Below, one piece after another: positions 19,677 to 30,287 of a stretch of DNA of 64,000 nt; positions within the stretch are counted from its first letter, which is position 1; each line of letters starts with the position of its first letter. The notes beneath the pieces are model-generated. The model worked only from the letters and a program-made list of their open reading frames with translations, was not told where the DNA came from and searched no databases. A program made the translations under genes and the position numbers. The stretch lies in the NCBI GenBank assembly GCA_027036135.1, contig JALVSY010000007.1, positions 100,880-164,879 on the forward strand. Direction: 5' to 3'. The DNA is from Pyrodictiaceae archaeon. Its GTDB lineage: Archaea > Thermoproteota > Thermoprotei_A > Sulfolobales > Pyrodictiaceae.

Positions 19677-20239
19677 AGCTTTATCTCAACCTTTTCCAGG
19701 TTTTCTTTGGCATAGTTGTAGCCAGCGTCGAATGCCTTGAGGTTTATCTCTATCCACTTTGGCCTCACACTTGTCTTAATAATCTCCTCCATAGTCTCCG
19801 GGTCCACTAGCCCAGTTACGTAGCTGAAAACCCCCAGCATGAAGACGTTGGCTACTCGGTAAGTACCCACCTTCTCCTCCGCCAGCCTCGTGAACGGTAC
19901 CTTGAGGACTCGTGGCCAAGGCTTCGCGGGCTCCTCTATGAACGTGCCATCCAATATTATTAGCTGGGCGTCCGGCTTCACGTACTCGGCGTAGCTATGC
20001 ATCTGGTCCTTGTACATGAATATCGCTATGTCCGCTTTCCTTACCTTTATTATGTCGATCTCGGCCTCGCTTGGGAACACTATGAGGTCGCTACGCGAGA
20101 AACCGCCACGAGTCTCAGCGCTATACATCTCGCTATTAACGACGTAGTAGCCCTTCTTGACCAGGGCCTTGCCCAGCAAGTACCCTGTAAGGAGTATGCC
20201 CTGGCCTCCCCTACCAGCTATGATTATCTCGAGAGTCAT
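19673..20239 (-). CDS. 2-oxoacid:ferredoxin oxidoreductase gamma subunit
   Basis: AGRGGQG, YSAETRGG, ANVFMLG, NLKAF. Confidence 0.93.
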   Translation of the reverse strand: MTLEIIIAGRGGQGILLTGYLLGKALVKKGYYVVNSEMYSAETRGGFSRSDLIVFPSEAEIDIIKVRKADIAIFMYKDQMHSYAEYVKPDAQLIILDGTFIEEPAKPWPRVLKVPFTRLAEEKVGTYRVANVFMLGVFSYVTGLVDPETMEEIIKTSVRPKWIEINLKAFDAGYNYAKENLEKVEIKL

Positions 20240-21123
20240 TGCTTGCTCCACCTCCTCTCGGGCAACTCCTTGCACCAATCATAGTTATAGACCTGGCAAA
20301 TGGACTCCATGTACCCAGGCTCGTCCTTGTCCACGAAGACTCCTAGCGTTATCTCGTCCTCCCAGTCATACTTGATCTCCTCTAGGGCCTTCGGCTTCCT
20401 CACCTTGGCTACCTTTCTTAGCCTCTCATAGAAGTCTACTGGGCTCCGGAACCCTATGTGGCGCCCAAAGATCTCCGGGCATATCGATACTACCTCTATG
20501 AAGCGGAACCCACGGCGCGGTAGCGCCCTTTTCACGGACTCCTCTATGTGTACTGGGTAGTGTATACTCCAGCGAGCAACGTAGTTGGCTCCGAGCGCTG
20601 CTACTAGCCTAGCTACGTCCATCGGTCTCTCCGGGTTCCCCTTGGGCGTCGTTGTGCTATAGGCTCCATGGGGTGTTGTTGGGGCTAATTGTCCACCTGT
20701 CAACGCGTAGTTGAAGTTATTGACCATTATTACTAGCATGTCGAAGTTCCTGCGAGCAGCGTGGAGCAAGTGATTGCCACCAATACCTGCTAGGTCTCCG
20801 TCGCCGCTAAACACTACCGGCACCAGCTTGGGATTGGCTAGCTTCACTCCATAGGCATAGGCTATTGGCCTGCCGTGGGGCGTGTGGGCCCCGTCTAGAC
20901 GCACATAGCCAGAGGCGCGCCCAGTGCAGCCTATACCGGTGACGAACACTAGTTGCTTCCTATCAATAACCCCCTTGGCTTCTAGGGCCTTGACTGCTCG
21001 GAGGAAGGCTTGCAGCGTTATCCCTATGCCGCACCCGGGGCACCATACGTGAGGGAGTCTCTCGGTTCTTAGGAGGTCGTCTACACGGTGCCTATACTCT
21101 AGCTTGGGGACCTGGACGGTCAT
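20236..21123 (-). CDS. 2-oxoacid:ferredoxin oxidoreductase beta subunit (TPP-binding)
   Basis: WCPGCG, GIGC, SGDGD, TGGQLAPTTP. Confidence 0.95.
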   Translation of the reverse strand: MTVQVPKLEYRHRVDDLLRTERLPHVWCPGCGIGITLQAFLRAVKALEAKGVIDRKQLVFVTGIGCTGRASGYVRLDGAHTPHGRPIAYAYGVKLANPKLVPVVFSGDGDLAGIGGNHLLHAARRNFDMLVIMVNNFNYALTGGQLAPTTPHGAYSTTTPKGNPERPMDVARLVAALGANYVARWSIHYPVHIEESVKRALPRRGFRFIEVVSICPEIFGRHIGFRSPVDFYERLRKVAKVRKPKALEEIKYDWEDEITLGVFVDKDEPGYMESICQVYNYDWCKELPERRWSKQ

Positions 21124-22274
21124 ATCTCTACACCTGCTTTCCTGAAGTAGCCTAGTAGCTCATCTGGGCCTGGGAGCTCGGGGGTTAGGACAGGGACTAG
21201 CTCAATCTTCCTACCTGTTGGGCCTAGGATTCTCGCTACCTCGCGGTATAGCTGGCCAAGGTTCATCTCAGCGACGATTACTCTATCGGCGTGCTCGACG
21301 GCCTTGCTGAGGCCCTCCTCGTCCAGAGGCCATATCGATACCGGTCTCCATAGCCCAACCTTCTTGCCCTGCTTGCGCAGATCCTTGACAAGCGCTAGTG
21401 CTGAGCGAGCCAGTGTGCCGAAGGCCACTATGACTGTCTCGGCGTCCTCGGTGTACCTCGCCTCGGAGCTGACGACGTGGTGCTTGTTCCTAGTTATCTT
21501 CTCCTCTAGCCTCTTGACCAGCCTCTCGTAGTTCTCCGGGTCGGTGGTATAGTATCCTCTCTCATCATGGACAAGGCTCTCTGCTAGCACAGCATAGCCC
21601 TCGCCATAGAAAGCCATGGGTGGGACTAGGTCATCGGGGTCTGGCTTGAATGGCTTGAACTCTCCTGGCGGCTCCCGTGGCGGTTTGCGGTCAGCGACCT
21701 TTACCTCGCCCGGCTCATAGACTACTGCTAGCTCACGGGTATGAGCGATAACTGCGTCCGATAACACTATTGTTGGTACTCTTAGCCTCCACGCAGTATC
21801 GAAGGCCTTGACTACTAGGTTGTAGGCCTCCTGTACGCTCCATGGCGAGTACACTACTACCCCGTAGTGGCCGTGGCTAGCCCACCGGGACTGCATCACG
21901 TCGCCCTGCCCAGTACCCGTGGCTATACCAGTGCTAGGCCCCGTCCTCATATTGTAGACAATGACTATTGGTGCCTCGAGCATCGCGGCTAGGCCCAGGC
22001 TCTCAGCCATGAGGCTAAAGCCTGGCCCACTAGTAGCTGTCATGGCCTTGGCTCCAGCGTAGGTTGCGCCGACGAGCGCGTTTATCGCAGCTATCTCGTC
22101 CTCTGCCTGGAACACGACACCGCCGTAGCTCGGGAGCTTCTCCGCAAGGTACTCGAAGAGGTCGCTAGCAGGGGTTATGGGGTAGCCTATGAATACTCGG
22201 AGCCCCGCGGCTATAGCTGCCTCAGCCATAGCCTCGTTACCGGTTAGGAACTCGCGCCTAGCCATGGGAACCAT
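21120..22274 (-). CDS. 2-oxoacid:ferredoxin oxidoreductase alpha subunit
   Basis: GNEA, YPITP, EDEIAA, TATSGPG, EMNLGQ. Confidence 0.95.
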   Translation of the reverse strand: MVPMARREFLTGNEAMAEAAIAAGLRVFIGYPITPASDLFEYLAEKLPSYGGVVFQAEDEIAAINALVGATYAGAKAMTATSGPGFSLMAESLGLAAMLEAPIVIVYNMRTGPSTGIATGTGQGDVMQSRWASHGHYGVVVYSPWSVQEAYNLVVKAFDTAWRLRVPTIVLSDAVIAHTRELAVVYEPGEVKVADRKPPREPPGEFKPFKPDPDDLVPPMAFYGEGYAVLAESLVHDERGYYTTDPENYERLVKRLEEKITRNKHHVVSSEARYTEDAETVIVAFGTLARSALALVKDLRKQGKKVGLWRPVSIWPLDEEGLSKAVEHADRVIVAEMNLGQLYREVARILGPTGRKIELVPVLTPELPGPDELLGYFRKAGVEI

Positions 22275-22295
22275 GCACCTCCGGGCGAAGCAGGT

Positions 22296-22580
22296 CTAGT
22301 CCTTTATGACCTCGACCTCGTTTTCTCCCCAAACGATTAGGCCCTTGGGTACACCATCGCTGGAGGGCTCTATCCTTATCACGAAGTCGGGGCAGCTGAA
22401 CTCGCAGAGCCTGCAACCAATACAATCAGAGGGCTTCGTGACTGTTGTTACACGGTAGCCTTTCTGGTTCTGCTTGTTACCAGTCACGAGAATCTTCTTG
22501 GGACAGACATGGATACAGAGACCACATTCCTTGCACCGATTAGCTAGAATAATTATGTCGTATGCGCGTCTCGGAGCCAC
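22296..22580 (-). CDS. 2-oxoacid:ferredoxin oxidoreductase delta subunit (ferredoxin)
   Basis: CKECGLC..CP and CIGCRLC..CP. Confidence 0.92.
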   Translation of the reverse strand: MAPRRAYDIIILANRCKECGLCIHVCPKKILVTGNKQNQKGYRVTTVTKPSDCIGCRLCEFSCPDFVIRIEPSSDGVPKGLIVWGENEVEVIKD

Positions 22581-22998
22581 TCATGCATCACCATGGGGGA
22601 CAGCGTCCTAGGGTTTTCAAGGCATATGCACCACGCGTACGGGGTTCTCTCCTCCTCGCCGAGCCATGCCCGGGGATGGGTCTTGCTCGTGTAAAGACTA
22701 TGTTAAGGAGAAGGTTAAAACCTTCTACGTTGCTATGAGAGGGGGCCGGAATAACCGCATTGCTCACAATATTCTCGAATATATACAACCCTATCAGAGA
22801 ATGAAAGGCTCCTAGGTATTAACAATGCCTCGCTACGCGTTCTGCTCTTGGGCCTTATAACGATGCTTATGGAATAGAAGCTTCTTATCTGCTCACAGTA
22901 TATCAAGGAGATAACTACATAGCTATTAATACTAACCAATAATAACCGTTGATAGTGAATGGAACTACATGTAGGACTCGGAAAGGATGTGCTGAAAC

Positions 22999-24054
22999 GT
23001 GCAACTAGGCCTAGGAATAATCGTAGCAATCATAGCCTTCGCAGCCGCTGCTGGCGCAGCCTACTATGCACAGACACAGCACGCAGAGGCACCAACCACT
23101 TCGCCTACACAGGCACCCAGTACGAGCATACCGGTAACAACAAGCACTAAGGCCACGAGCACGCACTCAGCGAGCACAACCAGTTCCCCAACATCATCTA
23201 CGCATAACGGAACAACCACGGGTACAACGAGCACGACAAGGCCCAGTAAAACAAGCAGCACAACAAGCACGACAAGTACGACCACTACTACGAACACCGC
23301 GAGCTCTCCTAGCCCAACAAGTACCACTACAACAGCTACGACGAGCACTGCGACCGCTACGGCTACGAGCACGTCACCGACTCAGACAACCACAAAGCAT
23401 ACAACAACGACTACGCCCAAGGAGGAGGTACTAGAGCCAGCGGTCTTCCACACCTATCGCGAACTCCTACAAAACTATAGTCATGCAGAGATGTACTACA
23501 AGCTCGTCAACGGCTCAGAGACGACAGAGCTAATACTCTCATACAAGGCCAGCAAGACGGGTAACGGGTACCGAGTGGACATAAACACCGCCCAGATAGA
23601 GAACGGCGAGACATCCTCAAACAACACCATAACAATATTCCTGGACAAGACCATGACGACAGCGACAAAGATGATAATGCCTAATGGACAAGTCTACGAG
23701 GGCCAAATGGCCCAGATAGCTGGCCAGAACCTACTCGAGGCACTAAACCACGCAGTCGCGATGATAGCGTGGGTAGGCGATATAAAAGTAGCCATAGCCG
23801 AGGGAAGCTATGCCGCGACAAAGGCTGGCTGGGAAGTAACCAGCGTAGAGAAGACAAGCGCTACAATAAGCGGCAAGACATACAATGCGTACAAGGTACT
23901 AATGCTCAACAAGGGCGACAAGGACTCCGACATAACCAGGGTAGACTTCACCCTAGCAGAGATAAAGAAGGACACCTAGATAGCCTACAGGCTCCACGCG
24001 GTACAGAGAGACGGCAGCGAGTTCACCTGGGAAATCACTAGCCTAGAGCCCTAG
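22999..24054 (+). CDS. Membrane-anchored Thr/Ser-rich surface protein; in-frame TAG at 23977 before the last 24 codons
   Basis: Signal/TM, ~110-aa Thr-rich stalk, globular domain; after TAG the frame continues IAYRLHAVQRDGSEFTWEITSLEP*. Confidence 0.7.
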
Positions 24055-24190
24055 CGGTAAAAGAGCAGCAGAGGGTAGCCAAGATCAAGGGCTGCAAGGA
24101 AGACACGAGAGCCCTTCTCCTAATAAAAAGAAGCCAATAAGGGAGAAGGTCTCAGCCATCTTTTTACTAATGAATAAAAAGACGTATCCT

Positions 24191-25456
24191 CTACTTAGCC
24201 TTGGCTAGTATCTGCTCCATGAGCCTCGCATAGACCTTTGCGACAGTTCTTAGCTCTGTTAGGGAGACGTACTCGTCTACCTGGTGGGCCATGTGCCCTG
24301 GGCCGGGCCCATAGGTTATGGTCTGTATGCCTTTCTCCGTGTAGAACCTCATGTCTAGTCCTCCTAGGCAGATGCTCGTCCTCGGCTCCGAGCCCGTTAC
24401 CTCCTTCACTACGCTCTTTGCTATCCTTACTAGCTCGGCGTCTCTCGGCGTAACTGCTGGCTGTAACCTGTTAGTTACCTTGGTCTCTATGCGTACCTCT
24501 GGGTAGCGCTTCCTCAGCTTCTCTATGAACTCGTTGACCTCTTTCTCGACTTCCTCCACGGTCTCCTCAACGATCAGCCTACGGTCTACTGAGAAGGCGT
24601 AGTAGCCGGGTAGGATGTTCACCTTCGTGCTCCCCTTAACCTCGCCGCCCAGGGTTATTGTCGGGGAGGCGCCCCTGGGGTCGTCGTACTCGTAGCTGCT
24701 CTTCTTCCTCGATAACTGCTCGCGGTACTCGGTCGCAAAGTCGAGGGCTATACGGGCCATGTACTCGAAGGCGTTTACGCCGAGCCACGGGGAGGAGCCA
24801 TGTGCCTGTCTCCCGTATATCTCTACGTAGAACCAGTAGGCGCCGCGGTGCCCAATCCATATCGTTGCTGAGCCACTCGGCTCAGCTATTACTACGTAGT
24901 CTGGTCTAGTGAGATCTTGATCCACGAGATACCCTGTCCCGGTCTCGCCGCCTATCTCCTCGTCCGGCACCAAAGCAATCTCAAGTGTACCCTTGAAGTC
25001 TGGGTAAGCACTGAGGAACGCCTTGGCTGCTAGCAGTGCTGCCGCTATGCCTCCCTTCATATCGACTGCTCCACGTCCATAGAGCTTATCGCCCTCCACA
25101 ACCGGGTCGAAGGGGTCACGTCTCCACCCAGAACCGGTTGGGACTACGTCGTAGTGGCCGTTGAAGTGTAGCACTGGCTTACCGCTGCCGCGGCGCGCGA
25201 GTATAACGTAGCGCGGGTATTTGCTTAGCCCGGGGTGATGTTTCTCAACAAGATCGCTTGGAACACGATGGATCTCAACCTCGTCGAATCCTGCCTCGCT
25301 TAGTAGGCGGCAAGCAACCGAGGCGAATTCCCGGAAGTTCTCGCCTGGGGGATTAACCGTGGGTACCCTTATCATCGAGCGAAGAGCATCTACTCCCCAG
25401 TCAAAGAACTCGTCCACGAGCCTAGTAGCACGGGACAAGCCTAGATGCACCCCCAT
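24191..25456 (-). CDS. M20 family metallopeptidase (ArgE/DapE-like)
   Basis: NGHYDVV, GRGAVDMKGG, DEEIGG, AHQVDEY. Confidence 0.93.
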   Translation of the reverse strand: MGVHLGLSRATRLVDEFFDWGVDALRSMIRVPTVNPPGENFREFASVACRLLSEAGFDEVEIHRVPSDLVEKHHPGLSKYPRYVILARRGSGKPVLHFNGHYDVVPTGSGWRRDPFDPVVEGDKLYGRGAVDMKGGIAAALLAAKAFLSAYPDFKGTLEIALVPDEEIGGETGTGYLVDQDLTRPDYVVIAEPSGSATIWIGHRGAYWFYVEIYGRQAHGSSPWLGVNAFEYMARIALDFATEYREQLSRKKSSYEYDDPRGASPTITLGGEVKGSTKVNILPGYYAFSVDRRLIVEETVEEVEKEVNEFIEKLRKRYPEVRIETKVTNRLQPAVTPRDAELVRIAKSVVKEVTGSEPRTSICLGGLDMRFYTEKGIQTITYGPGPGHMAHQVDEYVSLTELRTVAKVYARLMEQILAKAK

Positions 25457-25690
25457 GCACGGGGACTCCTAGACAAGGGGAGGGAATGAGTTAGGGATAC
25501 GGGGAGAAAGCGCCGCCCATAGGCGCCCAGCTATTAACTTAGCGCAGGCTCCTCTAGATAAACTCTGAGCCGAGCCCTAATAAGAAGCCCTTCATGCCTC
25601 CCTTGTCCTAGGAGCCCTCCTCGAGGCTCCCTAACACTCTCTTCACCGCTTGCTCCAACTCCGCACTGCTTTGCCAGGGATTGGGGAGCC

Positions 25691-26725
25691 GTGATACTGG
25701 ATCCTGGGCCGAAGACCCGGCGTGAGGAGCTATATGGCCGTGGCTTCGAGCTAACCACGTTAATCGATGTCGTCATTGGGCAGAAGATACCGATAACCGT
25801 TATAGGTGGTGTCCGCCGGGTCGGGAAGACCTCGCTCATACTAGTAGCAGAGAACGAGCTGAGGAGTAGCGATAGGTTCGTAATAGTCTACCTCGACGCG
25901 GGTAGGATTACTAGGCGTGACCAGCTAGGCGAGGAGATTGCCAGGAGGCTACGAGTAGAACCCAGCAGCGACCCAGTCGAGGTTCTGCACCGAGCCAAGA
26001 GCCTTGAGCGACACATAGTGGTTGTGCTCGACGAGGTCCAGGAGGCTTCCCGGAGAACCCGTTACGAAATAATGGACTTGGTCGAGGCAATAGCCTACAA
26101 GATTTACCACTCCACGCTCATACTGCCAAGCTCTGCGCCCGGTCTCGCGAAGGAGGTAGCAGGGTTAGAGAAGGACGGTAAAGAGATGATTCAGAGCCAC
26201 GATGTATGGCTAAACCCTCTAAGAAAGGATGACGCCGAGGCATTGCTCATAGATGGGCTACGTGAGCGAGGAATAAGCCCAAGCCCCGACGTCGTGGAGG
26301 AGGCTGTGGAGTTCTTTGGCGCGATACCTGGGTGGCTTGTCTTCTTCGGTCTCCGCCTGGTAGCTGGACTCAAACCCGAGCAAATATATCGGGAAGCGAT
26401 AGATACCGCGCTGGAGGAGATAAGGAGGCTCGCACCGAGGCCACAGCTATTGCTAAAAGTCCTAGCCGAGGGCAACGACTCGTGGACAAAGGCGCTCAAG
26501 GCTCTAGAGGACCTAGAGGGGAGATGGGTATCCCGCAACGGGTTCGCCAAGGCGCTCCACTACTTGGAGAAAAGAGCCCTGGTAAAGGACTACAAGATAC
26601 TAGACCCTGTCTACGAGAAGGCCGCGAGGCTCCTCGACCCAAGCGAGCCACTGGCGAGACTAGGCCTAGCCCCGGGAAAGGGCAGCGCTGCGAGGCAGGA
26701 GCTAGGAGCCTCTCCTAGCCAGTAA
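25691..26725 (+). CDS. Archaeal ATPase (AAA+)
   Basis: LYGR..EL, GVRRVGKT, VLDEVQ, GAIPGWL. Confidence 0.85.
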   Translation: MILDPGPKTRREELYGRGFELTTLIDVVIGQKIPITVIGGVRRVGKTSLILVAENELRSSDRFVIVYLDAGRITRRDQLGEEIARRLRVEPSSDPVEVLHRAKSLERHIVVVLDEVQEASRRTRYEIMDLVEAIAYKIYHSTLILPSSAPGLAKEVAGLEKDGKEMIQSHDVWLNPLRKDDAEALLIDGLRERGISPSPDVVEEAVEFFGAIPGWLVFFGLRLVAGLKPEQIYREAIDTALEEIRRLAPRPQLLLKVLAEGNDSWTKALKALEDLEGRWVSRNGFAKALHYLEKRALVKDYKILDPVYEKAARLLDPSEPLARLGLAPGKGSAARQELGASPSQ

Positions 26726-27241
26726 GCGCCCCGTCTTCTCAAGCCCGCAGCCAGCGACGGGTTCGCTTTGGATAGGCGGCTCGCGGCCCGCGACAAGGCA
26801 GAGATAAGCAATAGCGTCGAGTACCTCGCGGACAAGCTCCTCGCGTAACCAGGGCTCGCCGCTAGCCGCGTGCATCTCTGCACTTGGGTGGAGGTACTCG
26901 CCTAGCCAGAGATAGACGCGTAGGATCCAGTGCTTTCGGGACCCATGGACTCCGCGGAGGCGCTTAATCATCGTTGCCGTGAAGCTCGCGGCTGCTCGGC
27001 TACGGCGACGAATCCTCTCAAGAGCCTCGCCCCAATCGATGCCCTGTAGCAGGTAATAGGCGTACTGTATAGCAGTCTCGAGGCCTAGGCGTAGCCAGGA
27101 ATAAGCACACACCACGTCACCCTGCTCCAGGGCATGCCTAGCCGCCAAGAGGCTCCGCTGCAATAATCCCGGCTCACAGCTCCCCAGCGCCCTTGCTAGG
27201 CCCTCTAGGCACTCCGCGAGCCCCAGCCTTGTCTCTGGCAC
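26702..27241 (-). CDS. HEPN-like protein
   Basis: LRLGLE and Y.WLGEYLHPS patterns typical of HEPN-superfamily (DUF5677-like) proteins. Confidence 0.5.
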   Translation of the reverse strand: MPETRLGLAECLEGLARALGSCEPGLLQRSLLAARHALEQGDVVCAYSWLRLGLETAIQYAYYLLQGIDWGEALERIRRRSRAAASFTATMIKRLRGVHGSRKHWILRVYLWLGEYLHPSAEMHAASGEPWLREELVREVLDAIAYLCLVAGREPPIQSEPVAGCGLEKTGRLLARRGS

Positions 27242-27306
27242 GCTTCCCTACCACGGCTGTGCTGAGACGCGTAAACCCCTTACAATACCCCCTGCCTAAC
27301 CCACTA

Positions 27307-28407
27307 ATGGTGGAGGCTCCGGCCTTGAGCAGGGAACTAGACGAGTTCTGGGCCTTATTGAAGAAGCTCTCCGACGCGTTCGGCGTCTCGGGCTTCGAGG
27401 ACGAGATAAGAGGCATAATACTCGATGAGCTTAGGAGCGTGGCTGACGAGGTCCGCGTCGATAAATGGGGCAACGTTGTAGCGGTTAAGCGCGGCCAAAG
27501 GGACGGCGCCAAGGTCATGTGGGCCGCTCATATGGACGAGATAGGGTTCCTCGTACGCGCCATCGATGACAAGGGCTTCCTCTACCTAGCTCCTGTCGGT
27601 GGCTGGAGTGACCGCGTAGTGCCTGCTCAGAGGCTCCGGATAAGGCTCGACAACGGCCGCACCATATACGGCGTCGTGGGGATGAAGCCGCCCCATCTCC
27701 TATCACCGGAGGAGCAGAAGCAGGTAATCCCGCTCAACAAGCTCTTCGTAGACATTGGCGCCTCTAGCAGGGAGGAGGCAGAGAAGATGGGGCTACGAGT
27801 AGGACTACCAGTAGACCTCGACCGGGAGGCCGGGAGGCTCACAGAGACAAGGGTGACTGGCAAAGCCTTCGACGACAGAGTAGGGGTAGCAGTAATGCTC
27901 TGGGCCTTCAGGAACATAGACCCCGATGAGCAAACAGTGTACGCGGTAGCAACGGTACAAGAGGAGGTAGGGCTCAAGGGCGCAAGGATAGCGGCCTACC
28001 AGCTAAGACCAGACGCCGCAATAGCACTAGACGTTACAACAGCGAACGACGTACCAGACGTGCCGCCACAGGACAAGGTAGTGGAGCTAGGCAAGGGCCC
28101 CGCGATAAAAGTAGCCGATGGGAGAGGAGCAAGCGGGCTCATAGCACACCCCAAGATATTCCACCTCCTAGTAGAAACCGCCAAGGAGGAAGGCATACCC
28201 TACCAACTAGAACTACTACCCGGAGGAACCACCGACGCAGCAGCGATAGCATTCACAGTAGAGGGAGTACCAGCAGGAGCCATCTCAATACCAACCAGGT
28301 ACATCCACAGCCCAGTAGAGCTACTAGACCTAAGAGACGCCCTGAACAGTGCCAAGCTACTCGAAAAAGCAACACTAAGAATAACCAAACAATACCTAGA
28401 ACAATAG
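27307..28407 (+). CDS. M42 family aminopeptidase (TET-like)
   Basis: AHMDEIG, AFDDRVG, QEEVGLKGA, GGTTDA, RYIHSPVE. Confidence 0.95.
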   Translation: MVEAPALSRELDEFWALLKKLSDAFGVSGFEDEIRGIILDELRSVADEVRVDKWGNVVAVKRGQRDGAKVMWAAHMDEIGFLVRAIDDKGFLYLAPVGGWSDRVVPAQRLRIRLDNGRTIYGVVGMKPPHLLSPEEQKQVIPLNKLFVDIGASSREEAEKMGLRVGLPVDLDREAGRLTETRVTGKAFDDRVGVAVMLWAFRNIDPDEQTVYAVATVQEEVGLKGARIAAYQLRPDAAIALDVTTANDVPDVPPQDKVVELGKGPAIKVADGRGASGLIAHPKIFHLLVETAKEEGIPYQLELLPGGTTDAAAIAFTVEGVPAGAISIPTRYIHSPVELLDLRDALNSAKLLEKATLRITKQYLEQ

Positions 28408-28532
28408 TTTTTGTCTCCTTACCTATCCCTTAATAATTCCCTTAATAATCCATATGATGGGGCTGCGACGAGTAGGAACAGTGTCAAAGGACTAGTTAGT
28501 GCTGAACTAGCAGACGGGAGGATGCAAAGAAT

Positions 28533-28760
28533 ATGGCTCCAACTAATAACGACTTAGGTGAGCTATTTCGCCGAAAAGATCCATGGGGCTACTACGTTAT
28601 CCCTGCAAAACGTGATGCTCTGAGCGAGCTTCCAAGCGATTTGCTAAAGGCGCTTAACATAGAGGATGCTGGTGATGTTATACTTTTAAGGACGCGCTCA
28701 AGAGCCTTAGCGAGAAAAATAGCACTAATTCTTTTGAGAAAAAGTCTCCTAGCACAATGA
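28533..28760 (+). CDS. Small hypothetical protein
   Basis: 75-aa ORF with ATG start and plausible protein composition. Confidence 0.55.
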   Translation: MAPTNNDLGELFRRKDPWGYYVIPAKRDALSELPSDLLKALNIEDAGDVILLRTRSRALARKIALILLRKSLLAQ

Positions 28761-28971
28761 AGCAGAATGTTGCCCAGGCTTTTCTTCCCCCATCGTAGAC
28801 GCTGAGATTACTTACTAGTAATATTATAATGTTGCTTGGAATATTTTTGTCCTCCCCAGTTCCCCGGTCAGAGATAAGTTTAAACGAGGTAAGCACTATT
28901 CAATAATACTTATACTATTCTACACGGAGGAAGCGAGAAACTAGGTAAAGGGACCACGGGGGTGAGGCCAT

Positions 28972-29454
28972 GTGACGAGGAGGGGTATTAACTGGGCGGC
29001 TGAAGTCCTCAAGAGGATTAAGGGCCTAGAGTTCCCGATAACCAAGGAGCAGCTAAAGGAGAGGCTCAAGGACTTCTACTACCACGGCATACCAGCAACT
29101 AGGATCGTTGACGAGGTTGACAAGGAGAGCTTTGCTAGCCCAGCAGAGCTACTAAAGGCTCTATCAGAGGCTATCAGAAAGCTAGAGGAGAGGGGCGAGC
29201 TACCAAGGGTAACTGGTAGGCGCGGCATCAACTGGGCCGCCGAGGTACTGAGGAGGATTAAGGGCCTAAGCTTCCCAGTGACTAAGGAGCAGCTAAAGGA
29301 GAGGCTAGCTGGGCTACAGTGGCAGGGCATTGAGATAACGAAGATACTTGACGAGATCGAGAAGGAGAGCTTCGCCTCCCCCGCCGAGCTGCTACACGAG
29401 CTAGCAGAGGCTATCAGAAAGCTAGAGGAGAGAGGAGAGGTACAGGCAAGCTGA
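28972..29454 (+). CDS. Tandem two-domain DUF2795-like protein
   Basis: Two ~80-aa copies of RRGINWAAEVL.RIKGL.FP.TKEQL...FASPAELL; RBS GGGGTGAGG. Confidence 0.8.
   Translation: MTRRGINWAAEVLKRIKGLEFPITKEQLKERLKDFYYHGIPATRIVDEVDKESFASPAELLKALSEAIRKLEERGELPRVTGRRGINWAAEVLRRIKGLSFPVTKEQLKERLAGLQWQGIEITKILDEIEKESFASPAELLHELAEAIRKLEERGEVQAS
28978..29446 (+). repeat. Intragenic 240-nt tandem duplication
   Basis: Repeat units start at 28978 and 29218; AGAGGCTATCAGAAAGCTAGAGGAGAG is identical in both. Confidence 0.85.
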
Positions 29455-29471
29455 GGAACGACTTAGTCCCT

Positions 29472-29666
29472 CTAGTCATCGTTTTTCTTAAGATTCTCGC
29501 ATAGCGCTATCTCACTTTGTAGTTTCTCTGATTCCTCCTCTATTTCTTCGAAGCTTGTCTCGCCGAACTTGGGATAATTAAGCGCTAGCTCAAAGGGATC
29601 TGGCACTAATTCCGTTGTTTCTGTTCTTTCACCGGTGCTATGTATTCTGATACCATGTCTTGTCAT
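29472..29666 (-). CDS. Small acidic protein, possibly an antitoxin fragment
   Basis: LVPDPFELAL...FEEIEEES resembles the C-terminal half of archaeal AbrB-type antitoxins. Confidence 0.35.
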   Translation of the reverse strand: MTRHGIRIHSTGERTETTELVPDPFELALNYPKFGETSFEEIEEESEKLQSEIALCENLKKNDD

Positions 29667-29829
29667 TACGTCTACCCTATGGTTCTCCTAGTCCCCTTTA
29701 TATGATAAAAATGCTGCGAGAGGTTATTGTTAACACGCGAAACATAATTAGGGCGAAGCTGTTTCGGAATCATGTTCCGGGATGAGTCTCTAGCCGGGAT
29801 AATGGTGGAGCCCCGGGTGATTAATTGCT

Positions 29830-30039
29830 ATGATTCTAGAAGCGCTGCGCCGCGTCGTGAACAACTATGTCTTTGGCTTCGTAGTCGTGACGCTTGTTTT
29901 CGCGCTGATGCTGCGCGGGCTCATCGCGGCGGGGGAGAGCATGCATGTAGGCCGCGACGTTGTCTTGGCTAGTGTCGCGCTGGCCACGCTTCTCTACGGG
30001 CTAGCTGTCGCAGCGACCCTCTATATTCGCAGGAAGTAG
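29830..30039 (+). CDS. Small two-TM membrane protein
   Basis: Two hydrophobic helices and a basic C-terminus. Confidence 0.55.
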   Translation: MILEALRRVVNNYVFGFVVVTLVFALMLRGLIAAGESMHVGRDVVLASVALATLLYGLAVAATLYIRRK

Positions 30040-30287
30040 TGCAGCAGCACCCACTGTGGCCGAGCAGCGCTCCTTATACAATGGCGCCTCCCCGACTTGT
30101 TTTCGCGACTATTCTTCGCCGAGAATCCTCCTTGTTGCTCTATTGTTGGTTGATTTCTCCGAGGCCTTAACTAGGGCTTTTATTGCCGCTATTATTACTT
30201 CTAGGCCGCTGGGAGCGGTATTTTGGTTTGTTCTTTCCGGGCTACGTAGGTCTTAGCTAGTGAGGCTGCCAAGGGTAGGGGGTCTAC

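Noticed and set aside
23064-23420. Low-complexity ACN repeats and the antisense Val-rich ORF
   Set aside because: Explained by the Thr-rich stalk codons of 22999-24054; not an array
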